DNA of 64,000 nt from Patescibacteria group bacterium (GCA_040384745.1 JAZKIT010000002.1:87425-151424); one strand, 5' to 3'. Positions 23,425 through 32,942 are shown, counted from the stretch's first letter. Notes: generated from the letters alone by a model not told the origin. Numbers and translations are program-made.

Positions 23425-25979
23425 TCGGTGATGATCTGAAGCTCGTTTTGCAGTCGTTCGATCAGCTGCTTGGCCTCATTGGCCTCGGTGCGCGTGGCGT
23501 CGACCAGTTCGGTCGGCGCTTTTAGTACGTAGCGGTCATTGGCCAGTCGAGCGGCCAGATTTTGCAGTCGTGCCTTCGCCTCGGCCAGCCGTACTTCGAG
23601 GTTCGATTGGTGCTCGTACAGGGTCTCTTCGTCAATCACTAACCAGGCTTCTCTGCCACTGTTAGCCAGGCGAAGTCCACGTGGCTGCTCGGTGTGCTCA
23701 ATCGATTTCAAATGAGCGAGCTTGGCGATCAGTTCGGCGTTATCAGCTACCAGGCTGTCACTATGATAATTGACGACATATTTCTTATTACCCGGTAGTT
23801 CTGCGGTGACGAACCGGATTTCGTTGACGAGTGATTGGACTCGTTCGAATTCGGCGCTGGCAATGTCGTTAAATTCGGCTTGTTCGGGCCAAGTGGCCGA
23901 AATAATCATAGTCCCCTTTTCATACCATGGCAGTGTCTGCCAGATGGTTTCGGTCACAAACGGCGCAAACGGATGGGCTAACCGAAGGGCTGTGTCGAGG
24001 GTCCAGGCCAGCATGTCGGGGTTGTCTTGTTGCTTCGAGGCTTCAATGTACCAGTCGGCCAGGCTACTCCAGATGGTGTGATAGACCACGTCGGATGCCT
24101 CGGCGAAGCGGTAATCGGCTAGCAGATCTTCGATTTGCTGAGCGGCACCGGTTAGTTCGCGCACGATCCAGTGGTCGGCTAACGATTTTGGCTGCGGGTC
24201 GGCCAGGCGGTAGTTGTCGCCCAGTTTGTCTTCGACGAATCGGGCGATGTTCCATAGCTTATTACAGAAGTTACGGCCGGCGACAACCTTGGTGGTACTG
24301 AAGGCTTGGTCCTGCCCTGCTGAACGCGATGCGACCAGGCCAAGACGGAGCGCGTCCGAGCCATATTGGCTCAGCGTTTCTATCGGGTTGATAACGTTCC
24401 CCTTTGATTTGCTCATCTTTTGACCATGCTCATCAAGGACGAGGCCGTGCAGGTAGACGTCTTTAAAGGGCACCTTGCCGGTGACCTTTAGCCCTAGCAT
24501 GATCATGCGCGATACCCAGGGGTACAAGATGTCATGCCCGGTTTCCATGACGGAATTCGGGTAAAAGCGGCTGAGTTCGCCCCCGTTTAGGTAGTCGGTG
24601 GTGATGAACGGCCACTGTGCACTGGTGAACCAGGTGTCAAAGGTGTCTTCTTCCCTTCGGTACGACTTGCCGTCGACAATAATGTGCGGTTCGTCGACCC
24701 GTTCGTCATAAATCCAGTCGGTCGGGTCGGCATCGTTCTGGAAGGCCGGAATTGGGATACCCCAGGGGATTTGGCGTGACAGGTTCCAGTCACGGATATT
24801 TTGAAGGTAATTAACGAGTTGTTTTTTGCGTGCCTCGGGGTAAAAACGAATTTGTTGCTCGTCGATTGCCTTGATTGCCTCGGCGGCAAGCGGCTTCATT
24901 GATACGAACCACTGGTCCTTGACCAGCGGCTGAATGACGCTACCGCACTTGTAGCAGTGCCCTACGGCGTGTTCGATGGCAGTATCGCCCCGAAGGAGCT
25001 CTGCGGCTTGCAGCGCCGCCAGTACGCGTTTGCGAGCCTCTTGGCTCGACAGGCCGGCGAACTGTGAGGGGACGTTAATCATGGTGTCGTCAAAGTCGAT
25101 GACTTGGATGCGTTCAAGGTTGTGCCGGTTGCCTACTTCGAAGTCGTTGGGGTCGTGAGCCGGAGTGATCTTGACGGCGCCGGTGCCAAATGCCGGGTCG
25201 ACATATTCATCGGCGATGACCGGAATTTCGCGTTCTGTTAGGGGTAGCAACACCCGTGAACCGATGAGATGTTTGTAACGTTCATCGTCGGGGTGGACGG
25301 CGATTGCCGTGTCTCCCAGTAACGTTTCGGGTCGGGTGGTCGCCACGACGATTTCGGCAATCTTGTCGAGCGTTGGGTAGGCAATCTTGTATAACTTCCC
25401 CTTCTCTGTCTTATGTTCGACTTCGATATCAGCAAAACTAGTGTGGTGCGTCGTACAGTAGTTGACGATGCGCTCACCTCTGTAAATTAACCCCTCATCC
25501 CACAGCTGCTTGAAGGTTTTATAGGCGGTCGAAATGACTTTTTCGTCCAAGGTAAAGACCAGGTCATCCCAGCTAGCGCTAACGCCGAGTGCCCGCAGCT
25601 GCAGTTCCATGTCGCCGCGTTTTTCATCAACGAAGTTCCAGACCTGGGCGTACAGTTGTTCACGTGAAAAATCGAAGCGACTTTGGTTCTTTTTTGCCAG
25701 TTCTTTTTCATAGACGACCCAGGTTTCAAACCCAGCATGGTCGGCACCAGGGATGTAGGCGACATCCCTGCCCTTCATGCGGTAAAAACGAGCCAGAATG
25801 TCTTCGAGGTCTGCCATAAGGGCGTGGCCTATGTGCAGGTTGCCGTTAGCGTTCGGTGGTGGCATGACAATGGCATACGGTTCGCCCTGGCCGCTTGGCT
25901 TAAAGGCGCCAGTAGACTCCCACATGGCATAAATGTTTGGTTCGTAGGTATTCGGTTCGTAGGTCTTGGGTAAATTCAT
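23421..25979 (-). CDS. valS: Valine--tRNA ligase
   Basis: HIGH-type PPPNANGNLHIGHAL, KMSKS (KMSKSKGN), a class Ia editing domain and a C-terminal coiled coil. ATG 25979 is preferred over the upstream GTG. Confidence 0.95.
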   Translation of the reverse strand: MNLPKTYEPNTYEPNIYAMWESTGAFKPSGQGEPYAIVMPPPNANGNLHIGHALMADLEDILARFYRMKGRDVAYIPGADHAGFETWVVYEKELAKKNQSRFDFSREQLYAQVWNFVDEKRGDMELQLRALGVSASWDDLVFTLDEKVISTAYKTFKQLWDEGLIYRGERIVNYCTTHHTSFADIEVEHKTEKGKLYKIAYPTLDKIAEIVVATTRPETLLGDTAIAVHPDDERYKHLIGSRVLLPLTEREIPVIADEYVDPAFGTGAVKITPAHDPNDFEVGNRHNLERIQVIDFDDTMINVPSQFAGLSSQEARKRVLAALQAAELLRGDTAIEHAVGHCYKCGSVIQPLVKDQWFVSMKPLAAEAIKAIDEQQIRFYPEARKKQLVNYLQNIRDWNLSRQIPWGIPIPAFQNDADPTDWIYDERVDEPHIIVDGKSYRREEDTFDTWFTSAQWPFITTDYLNGGELSRFYPNSVMETGHDILYPWVSRMIMLGLKVTGKVPFKDVYLHGLVLDEHGQKMSKSKGNVINPIETLSQYGSDALRLGLVASRSAGQDQAFSTTKVVAGRNFCNKLWNIARFVEDKLGDNYRLADPQPKSLADHWIVRELTGAAQQIEDLLADYRFAEASDVVYHTIWSSLADWYIEASKQQDNPDMLAWTLDTALRLAHPFAPFVTETIWQTLPWYEKGTMIISATWPEQAEFNDIASAEFERVQSLVNEIRFVTAELPGNKKYVVNYHSDSLVADNAELIAKLAHLKSIEHTEQPRGLRLANSGREAWLVIDEETLYEHQSNLEVRLAEAKARLQNLAARLANDRYVLKAPTELVDATRTEANEAKQLIERLQNELQIITD

Positions 25980-25987
25980 AATCCTAG

Positions 25988-26028
25988 TTTTCACGTGAAA
26001 AGTATTATCTGCGAGATATTCACGTGAA
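25988..26028. promoter_or_regulatory. Two copies of the perfect palindrome TTCACGTGAA (candidate operator pair) upstream of valS
   Basis: TTTTCACGTGAAAA at 25988-26001 and TTCACGTGAA at 26019-26028, with centres 29 bp apart. No other copy was seen in the window. Confidence 0.45.
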
Positions 26029-26103
26029 AAAGCAATAATTCCACGTTTCCACCCCTGCTTTTCTGCGTTTCAGTATAGCATAAGGGGCGCTATAATAAGG
26101 GGA

Positions 26104-27060
26104 ATGAATGACGTAACGACCTGTAATGACCGCGCCGAATGGAACGAACTCGTAAAGGCATCGAACGGACACCCGCTTCAGTTATGGGGCTGGGGGGACG
26201 TCAAAGCCGCTCATGGCTGGCGCGTCGAGCGCATACGGGCAGGGAAGGGCGGTGCGCAGCTGCTGATACGAGCGTTACCAGGACCGTTAGGTCCGTTGGT
26301 GTATATCCCGCGGGGGCCATTTGGCACTATGCTGTCGGATGAGTCAGTTCGACGTGCACTGTTGGAGTACATCAAAAAGACCTACCGGCCAACGCTTGTG
26401 ACGGTCGAGCCTGACACGACTGGAACCCTATCGTGGAAAGGCTGGAAACGGTCGTCGAACCATATACTGCTGGCACGGACGGCCGTTATGGACTTGGGGC
26501 GGTCCGATGACGACCTGATGCGAGTGATGAGTAAGAAAACCCGCCAATACATTCGTAAGTCGGGTGGGGAAGGGGTTGATGTCGTAACGGCCCAAAACTT
26601 AGCCGATGTGGACGAGTGTCTGGCGATTTACAAGCAGACCGCGCGACGGGCCGGTTTTGCGCTGCATGGAGACGAGTATTATCACGATATCTATACCAAT
26701 TTGGGTGATGACTCACCGATCTACATGGCGAAACGCCAGGGGGTTACCGTAGCGTTCTTGTGGCCGATTGTCACACCAGAAGTCGCCTTCGAACTGTACG
26801 GGGGAATGAACGACGAGGGCCAACGGGTGCGGGCGAACTACCACCTTAAATGGAGCGTCATTCAGGCCATGAAGGCCCGAGGGGTGAAGCGCTACGACGT
26901 GAATGGGCTGTTAAACGACGGCGTATCGGCGTTCAAACAGGGATTTATTCCTGATGAAACACACCTGAGTGGAACCTATGACTACCCGATGTCGCCACTG
27001 TACATCGTATGGAGTACGTTACTACCGACGGCAAAGAAGATTGCGCGCAAGCTGCGCTAA
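26104..27060 (+). CDS. FemAB-family peptidoglycan bridge aminoacyltransferase (FemX-like)
   Basis: The N-terminus W..LV..S....PLQLWGWGDVK and the overall length are typical of the FemAB family. TATAAT lies 7 nt upstream of the ATG. Confidence 0.75.
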   Translation: MNDVTTCNDRAEWNELVKASNGHPLQLWGWGDVKAAHGWRVERIRAGKGGAQLLIRALPGPLGPLVYIPRGPFGTMLSDESVRRALLEYIKKTYRPTLVTVEPDTTGTLSWKGWKRSSNHILLARTAVMDLGRSDDDLMRVMSKKTRQYIRKSGGEGVDVVTAQNLADVDECLAIYKQTARRAGFALHGDEYYHDIYTNLGDDSPIYMAKRQGVTVAFLWPIVTPEVAFELYGGMNDEGQRVRANYHLKWSVIQAMKARGVKRYDVNGLLNDGVSAFKQGFIPDETHLSGTYDYPMSPLYIVWSTLLPTAKKIARKLR

Positions 27061-28250
27061 ACGTTCCAGACCGTTTGGGCCATGGAAAGGCTAGGGTGGA
27101 CACTGACGCTGTCGACGGGGGTTGGATCGAGCGTTTGGGCCCGGAAGTACCCAAGGGCGGCAATCATGGCTGCGTTATCGGTGCAGAGTGACATGGGGGC
27201 ATACTCGACAGGGAAGGGGAGTTTTTCAGATAACTGCCGACGGAGTTCTTGATTGGCCGCAGCGCCGCCGGCAATGACGACCGACGCGGGTGAATGTTCG
27301 TGAACGGCCTTAACGGTTGCATCTACCAGTGTCTTGACCGCGGTGTGCTGAAAGCTGGCTGCGAAGTCTGCCCGCTGGACGTCGTTTAAAAGCCCTGGGA
27401 GCTTATGTGAGGCAAAAGTGTGGTCAACGCCTACTTCGCGTTGAATAGACCTTAGAACGGCCGTCTTAAGGCCCGAGAACGAAAAGTCGTACGGACTTTT
27501 AAGTTTTGCCTTGGGGAGGGCGTACCTGAGCGGGTCACCTTGGGTAGCGATAGCTGCGATAGCCGGGCCGCCAGGGTAGGGAAGGCCAAGCATACGGGCG
27601 ACTTTGTCGAAGGCTTCGCCGACGGCATCATCGAGAGTTTCACCGAGTAGTCGGTAGTCGCCATGTCCCTCGAACAGGACGAGCTGCGAATGGAGGCCGC
27701 TGACGGCCAGGGCGAGCATTGGGAAAGTGGGCTGACGAGAGGGCAATTTTAATGCATCGCCTGCTCGCCCGATGGTGCCGTCGGGACGCACTTCATGCCG
27801 GGACTGCGTCTCGGGTTGCGTTCCGCTTGAAGGTCCCGACGAAACATCGGGCGAACGGCTCGACCCTAGCGAATCGGATTGCTCGGTGATAAAGTTAGCG
27901 TAAATATGCCCTTCAACGTGGTGGACGGGGTAGAGTGGCTTGTCATGAAGCTCTGCCAGCATGCGGGCGGCGAGTACTCCGACGAGTAACGAGCCGACGA
28001 GTCCAGGGGCATTTGCAACAGCGATGGCATCAATATCGTCCCAAGTGACACCTGCTTCACGCAGTGCCTGACGAATGACAGGGTTGATGACTTCGATATG
28101 CGAGCGTGCGGCGACTTCGGGGACAACCCCGCCGTATTCGGCGTGGATATCGACCTGCGAATTGACGACGTTCGACAGTAATCGACGACCATCTTGAACC
28201 ACGGCGGCGGCCGTTTCGTCACAACTACTTTCAATTCCTAAGATAATCAC
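27057..28250 (-). CDS. tsaD: tRNA N6-adenosine threonylcarbamoyltransferase TsaD, with a roughly 50-aa low-complexity insertion
   Basis: MIILGIESSCDETAAAVV, YGGVVPEVAARSH, VHHVEGH, DDAVGEAFDK, CTDNAAMIA. An extra Ser/Pro-rich segment occupies 27732-27884. Confidence 0.9.
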   Translation of the reverse strand: MIILGIESSCDETAAAVVQDGRRLLSNVVNSQVDIHAEYGGVVPEVAARSHIEVINPVIRQALREAGVTWDDIDAIAVANAPGLVGSLLVGVLAARMLAELHDKPLYPVHHVEGHIYANFITEQSDSLGSSRSPDVSSGPSSGTQPETQSRHEVRPDGTIGRAGDALKLPSRQPTFPMLALAVSGLHSQLVLFEGHGDYRLLGETLDDAVGEAFDKVARMLGLPYPGGPAIAAIATQGDPLRYALPKAKLKSPYDFSFSGLKTAVLRSIQREVGVDHTFASHKLPGLLNDVQRADFAASFQHTAVKTLVDATVKAVHEHSPASVVIAGGAAANQELRRQLSEKLPFPVEYAPMSLCTDNAAMIAALGYFRAQTLDPTPVDSVSVHPSLSMAQTVWNV

Positions 28251-28297
28251 TGGCTACAAGTATAACTGTTCGGTAGTAGAAGTGGTAAAATAGGCCA

Positions 28298-29587
28298 ATG
28301 AAACAAGCGCTTTCGCGGGTAGTCAGGCAGCACGTTCCACATAGTGGCGTGCGCGCCATTGAAGAAGCGTATCGCATAGGCAGGGTCAGGGCTGTTAGCG
28401 CGTACTACGGCAATCCGGCTCGTTCGCTTAGGGTCATCGGAGTAACGGGGACGAATGGCAAAACCACCACCGTCAATTTTATAAACGAGATACTAAAAGA
28501 GGCTGGGCACACGACGGCTATGTTCTCGACGGCTACCATAGAGGTTGCTGGCAAGTCGGAGCGCAACGAACTGAACGCGACGGTCGCGAGCACGAGCGAG
28601 ATGCAGCGGTTCTTCCGCCGCGCCAAGCGGGCCCGGGTGGATTTTGTCATATTAGAATTCCCCAGCCATGCTCTGCACCAGCACAAGCTGGACACCGTAC
28701 CGGTCGAGGTGGCGGTGATGACCAACCTGACCCAAGATCACCTGGACTACCACGGGACGATGGAGCAGTATGCTGCCGTTAAGGCTAAGTTGTTCGAGCG
28801 CGCACCGAAGTTCATTGTGCTGAACCGTGACGACGAGTGGTACGAATACTTCGACCAGTTCCCGGCCAAGTCGCAAAAAATTACGTATGGCAAACACGAC
28901 ACGGCCGATGCCCGGATTGACCGGGTCAAGCTGTTTCGTAAAGGAACCGAAATCGATCTGACGATTGACCATCAGACCAAACTCGAACTGGCAACGGCAT
29001 TGCCCGGGGAATTTAACGCTTATAACGCCGCCGCTGCCGCGTCGGTGGCGTACTTGCTGGGTCTGAAGCTGGACGATATCGCTGAGGGGGTCGCCAATCT
29101 TGACTCGATTCCTGGTCGGTTCGACCGGATCGAGGCTGAAAAAGGCTTCGACATCGTCGTCGACTACGCACATACGCCCGATGCACTCGAAAAACTACTG
29201 CAAACCGCCAAATCTATCACGAAGCGACGAGTCATATTAGTGTTTGGCGCCTGCGGTGACCGCGATAAGAGTAAACGTCCAATTATGGGTGAAATCGCCG
29301 CCAAACTTGCCGATCGGGTGTTTTTAACCGACGAAGAAAGCTATAACGAGAACCCGGATGACATTAGGGCGCAGATATTCGAGGGGATTAAAGCTGCCAA
29401 GGGTCAGATGCGAACGACCGAAGTGCCCGACCGCCGCGACGCGATTAAAAAAGCACTCGATGTGGCGAAAAAAGGCGACACTGTGCTCGTGACCGGCATG
29501 GGTCACGAAATCTATCGTATCGTCAACGGCGAACGATTACCGTGGAACGACGAGCAAGTCGTGCGTGAACTGCTCGCAGAATCCTAG
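28298..29587 (+). CDS. murE: Mur ligase, MurE-like (short N-terminus)
   Basis: GVTGTNGKTTT P-loop near aa 50, and DYAHTPDALEKLL. The C-terminal specificity region reads TDEESYNENPDD. TGGTAAAAT lies 6 nt upstream of the ATG. Confidence 0.7.
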   Translation: MKQALSRVVRQHVPHSGVRAIEEAYRIGRVRAVSAYYGNPARSLRVIGVTGTNGKTTTVNFINEILKEAGHTTAMFSTATIEVAGKSERNELNATVASTSEMQRFFRRAKRARVDFVILEFPSHALHQHKLDTVPVEVAVMTNLTQDHLDYHGTMEQYAAVKAKLFERAPKFIVLNRDDEWYEYFDQFPAKSQKITYGKHDTADARIDRVKLFRKGTEIDLTIDHQTKLELATALPGEFNAYNAAAAASVAYLLGLKLDDIAEGVANLDSIPGRFDRIEAEKGFDIVVDYAHTPDALEKLLQTAKSITKRRVILVFGACGDRDKSKRPIMGEIAAKLADRVFLTDEESYNENPDDIRAQIFEGIKAAKGQMRTTEVPDRRDAIKKALDVAKKGDTVLVTGMGHEIYRIVNGERLPWNDEQVVRELLAES

Positions 29588-29594
29588 AGACACC

Positions 29595-30653
29595 TTAGTA
29601 GTACGATTGGCGGTAGCGTTTGTAATACAACCGTCGGACGAGCTTTTCGACGTAACGGTGCCACAGGGTAGCTTTCCAGCCGACGACGGGGATTTCGAAT
29701 GCACCGACGAACTGCGTCGCCTGTTTGTTGAAACTCGTTTTAAAACGGGCTAGTCCGGCAAACGGGTGGTCAGGGTTCTTGATTTGAGAGAGTGGCGGGA
29801 CGCCAGCGAGGTCGTGTTGCAGCGAGCCATGCTGTTTTGCCCACTGGATAACATGCCACTGAAGCAGGTGGCTGGCACCGTATGCGGTCCGCTGTCGAAC
29901 ACTGGCGCCGTCTTTGTACATACTTTTTGCCCCCAGTACCATGGCGAATGCACCGGCTACCAACTGACCTTCATAATAGGCAAAGAATAGCTGACCACTG
30001 CCGATGGCTTCGTAGGCCCGGTAAAAGTCACGATAATACTGGGGTGGTCGGATAGCAAACCCAGCGCCGGTCGCGGTTGCGTTGAATAGCTCGTACATCG
30101 CTTGGCAGTTGTCATCGGTGGCTGGCATCGCCTGGATGCTCACGCCGTCACGTTCGGCCCGACGAATGGCGTGACGGCCTTTTTGATTCAGATTCGTCAT
30201 AATGTCATCAAGATTTGGCGCGAGATCGACAAACACGGTGGCGTAATTCAACTGGACCGGTGCGGTTGGTATCAGTCCGAGCGACGAAACATCGACCGTG
30301 TGATCAAGCTCGGGTTCGATTTTTATAGTGAAGACGCCGTGGTCGGCGGCAAAGTCGCGAAGTTCGGTGCAGAGTGCGCGCAGGTCATCAACCGAAGTGG
30401 TGCTGGGACCTTTTGGGCAGTACCAGACCTTACCAAGCAGGGGAATGCGTTTTTCGATGACTGCGACGGCACGGTCTCCGACGAACAGGAAGCGCGCGGT
30501 CCAACCGGTTCGTGTTTTTTGGTCGATGAACTGCTTCGCTTGTAGGATATTACCGCCATCGGGATTCTTTATGATGTGGTCGTTCCAGGTCGAGATTTCT
30601 TCAGCGGTTGCAAAGCGAGTGGTCATGCGTTTTATTGTAGCGTGGTTCGGCAC
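29595..30653 (-). CDS. FemAB-family aminoacyltransferase, second copy
   Basis: 352 aa with the same architecture as 26104..27060, but strongly diverged. Confidence 0.7.
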   Translation of the reverse strand: MPNHATIKRMTTRFATAEEISTWNDHIIKNPDGGNILQAKQFIDQKTRTGWTARFLFVGDRAVAVIEKRIPLLGKVWYCPKGPSTTSVDDLRALCTELRDFAADHGVFTIKIEPELDHTVDVSSLGLIPTAPVQLNYATVFVDLAPNLDDIMTNLNQKGRHAIRRAERDGVSIQAMPATDDNCQAMYELFNATATGAGFAIRPPQYYRDFYRAYEAIGSGQLFFAYYEGQLVAGAFAMVLGAKSMYKDGASVRQRTAYGASHLLQWHVIQWAKQHGSLQHDLAGVPPLSQIKNPDHPFAGLARFKTSFNKQATQFVGAFEIPVVGWKATLWHRYVEKLVRRLYYKRYRQSYY

Positions 30654-30693
30654 GATGTGATGAAAATACAGGAGAGGACGAGCCGGACGATTG

Positions 30694-30720
30694 TTAGCAC
30701 TCGACCTTGACGAGTGCTAA
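30694..30720. promoter_or_regulatory. CIRCE element (HrcA operator) upstream of groES
   Basis: TTAGCACTC-N9-GAGTGCTAA matches the consensus perfectly. It overlaps a TTGACG -35, with TACAAT 18 nt downstream. Confidence 0.9.
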
Positions 30721-30778
30721 GAACCCTTAGTACAATAAGAGGCATTGAACCAATAGAATGTAACGGAGGAATTAACGC

Positions 30779-31045
30779 GTGAGTTCACCTATTACCCCCC
30801 TTGGCGACCGAGTCGTCGCAGTGCGCGAAACCGCACCAGAAAAGACAGCCAGCGGACTGTTTTTGCCCGACAATGCCAAAGAAAAGCCCGTCGTTGCCAA
30901 AGTGGTTGCGGTCGGCAAAGACGCCAAGGCCGTGAAGGTCGGGGACAAGATTTTGTATAAGGAATACGCCACGACCGAACTGAAGATTAACGGTACTGAA
31001 TACCTGGTTGTCAAAGAAGAGGATGTCTTAGGTACCGTGTCATGA
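30779..31045 (+). CDS. groES: Co-chaperonin GroES
   Basis: ITPLGDRVVAVRE...TASGLFLPDNAKEKP..AKVVAVG. GTG start with a GGAGG SD. Confidence 0.9.
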   Translation: MSSPITPLGDRVVAVRETAPEKTASGLFLPDNAKEKPVVAKVVAVGKDAKAVKVGDKILYKEYATTELKINGTEYLVVKEEDVLGTVS

Positions 31046-31236
31046 ACCTCGGCATCGCCCAAAGCATGACGCTGCTGATTATCGCCCTCTTGGCGATTGT
31101 AATACTGCTACGAATCTTAGTGGTAGTTCACAAGCAGACCGGACGCGTGAAAGAGCTTGAGATGCGAATGAAAGCAATGGAAAAAATGGATGTCGATCCC
31201 GAATCTATCACCACAACTGAGCAAAAGGAGAAATAA
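31042..31236 (+). CDS. Small single-pass membrane protein encoded between groES and groEL
   Basis: ATGA overlap with the groES stop. It has a TM helix (SMTLLIIALLAIVILLRILVVV) and a charged tail, and it ends 2 nt before the groEL ATG. The groEL SD lies inside its 3' end. Confidence 0.55.
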   Translation: MNLGIAQSMTLLIIALLAIVILLRILVVVHKQTGRVKELEMRMKAMEKMDVDPESITTTEQKEK

Positions 31237-31238
31237 GC

Positions 31239-32882
31239 ATGGCTAAACGAGTATTTTATGACGATGACGCCCGCGAACGAGTGCTGGGCGGTGCTAAGGC
31301 ACTGTACGACGCTGTTAAAGTAACCTACGGCCCCAAGGGCAATAATGTGGTTATAGCTAAAGGATACGGTGGTCCGACCGTCACGCACGACGGCGTGACC
31401 GTGGCTGAAAGCATTGAGCTGCCTGAAGACGACGACAAGACGCTCGGCTATAAAGTCGGAGCCGAACTGATTAAGCAGGCCGCAAGCAAGCTGAACAAGT
31501 CAGCCGGTGATGGTACAACGACCGTGACTGTGTTGACGTATAGCATTTTAAAAGAGGCTAACCGGCTGATTGCTGCGGGGCATAACCCACAGGAACTGCG
31601 CCGCGGAATCGAGGAAGCAGGCAAGCAAGTCATCGCCCAACTCGACACGATGAGCGAAAGCATTGAAGGTAATACTGAGCGGGTGGCTGAGGTCGCGACG
31701 ATTTCTGCCGGTGACGAAACGATCGGTACGTTGATTGCCGATGTCATCGCCAAGGTCGGTAAAGACGGCGTCGTGACCGTCGAAGCCGGTCAGGGGCTTG
31801 AAATGGAGGCCGAAGTGGTCGAAGGTTTCAGCTTAGACCGTGGCTGGGCGAGCCCGTTCTTCGTAACCGATGCCGGTCGCCAAGAAGCCGTGTTTACTAA
31901 ACCATCGGTCGTCATTACCGATAAAAAAATTAGTACCGCCGCTGAACTGCTGCCTTTGATTGAAAAGATGGCGCAGGCTGGCAAAAAAGACATCGTGCTG
32001 ATCGCCGATGATGTCGACGGGGAAGCCCTGAGTATTCTTGTGCTGAACAAGCTGAAGGGTGTCCTGAATACCGTGGTCGTCAAAGCGCCAAGTTTTGGTG
32101 ATCGCCGCAAGGACGTCATGGCTGATATTGCCAATCTGACTGGTGGCCAGGTAATTTCTGAAGACCAGGGACTGACGTTTGAAAACGTTGGGCTTGAAGT
32201 GGTCGGAAGCGCTCGCAAGGTGATAGTTGGCAAAGATGAAACGACGATTATCGAAGGCGCTGGTCACGGTGATGCGATTGCTACCCGTATTAAGCAGATT
32301 TTGGCTCAAGCAGAAAACGCTAGTAGCGAATACGATAAAGAGCAGTTTGAAAAACGAGCAGCCGCCTTGAGTGGCAAGGTTGCTGTTATTAAGGTGGGTG
32401 GTGCGACCGAAACCGAAATTGACGAAAAGAAGTTTCGGGTTGATGATGCCGTCGCCGCGACGAAAGCCGCGTTGGCCGAGGGTATCGTTGCCGGTGGTGG
32501 CGTGACACTTGTGAACTTGGCGGCGAGTATTACCGCCAGCGGAGCCGATAGTGTGTCGGCGGGCCGTTCGATTCTGAAGAATGCGCTCAAGCAGCCATTC
32601 CTGCAGATTACCGCTAACGCCGGACTAAACTCGGAAGCGCTGCTTGCGCAGGTCGAAAGTGGCAAGCCGGGCTTCGGCGTCAATGTCATGAGTCCGGAAA
32701 AAGGGCTGATTGACGTCAAGAAAGCTGGCGTCATTGACCCGGCTCGCGTAACTAAAGAAGCGGTCCAAAACGCCGTATCGATTGCTAGTACGGCAGCGAC
32801 CATGGGTGCGTTGATCGTAGAGATTCCCGAAAAGGAAAGCTCGATGCAAGGTATGGGCGGCGGCATGCCAGGCATGATGTAG
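31239..32882 (+). CDS. groEL: Chaperonin GroEL
   Basis: AKRVFYDDDARERVLGG..., AGDGTTTVTVL, and a C-terminal GMGGGMPGMM. Confidence 0.97.
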   Translation: MAKRVFYDDDARERVLGGAKALYDAVKVTYGPKGNNVVIAKGYGGPTVTHDGVTVAESIELPEDDDKTLGYKVGAELIKQAASKLNKSAGDGTTTVTVLTYSILKEANRLIAAGHNPQELRRGIEEAGKQVIAQLDTMSESIEGNTERVAEVATISAGDETIGTLIADVIAKVGKDGVVTVEAGQGLEMEAEVVEGFSLDRGWASPFFVTDAGRQEAVFTKPSVVITDKKISTAAELLPLIEKMAQAGKKDIVLIADDVDGEALSILVLNKLKGVLNTVVVKAPSFGDRRKDVMADIANLTGGQVISEDQGLTFENVGLEVVGSARKVIVGKDETTIIEGAGHGDAIATRIKQILAQAENASSEYDKEQFEKRAAALSGKVAVIKVGGATETEIDEKKFRVDDAVAATKAALAEGIVAGGGVTLVNLAASITASGADSVSAGRSILKNALKQPFLQITANAGLNSEALLAQVESGKPGFGVNVMSPEKGLIDVKKAGVIDPARVTKEAVQNAVSIASTAATMGALIVEIPEKESSMQGMGGGMPGMM

Positions 32883-32896
32883 TGCGCTGAGCCACA

Positions 32897-32931
32897 TAAA
32901 AAATACCCGGAATGAATCCGGGTATTTTTTT
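32897..32931. terminator. Bidirectional terminator after groEL
   Basis: ATACCCGG-aatgaat-CCGGGTAT flanked by A6 and T7. Confidence 0.85.
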
Positions 32932-32942
32932 AAGTCACGATT

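Noticed and set aside
25940-25979. Tandem TYEPNTYEPN duplication at the valS N-terminus as a variable repeat
   Set aside because: It consists of only two 15-nt units that have already diverged at synonymous sites. This is most likely a harmless old duplication.
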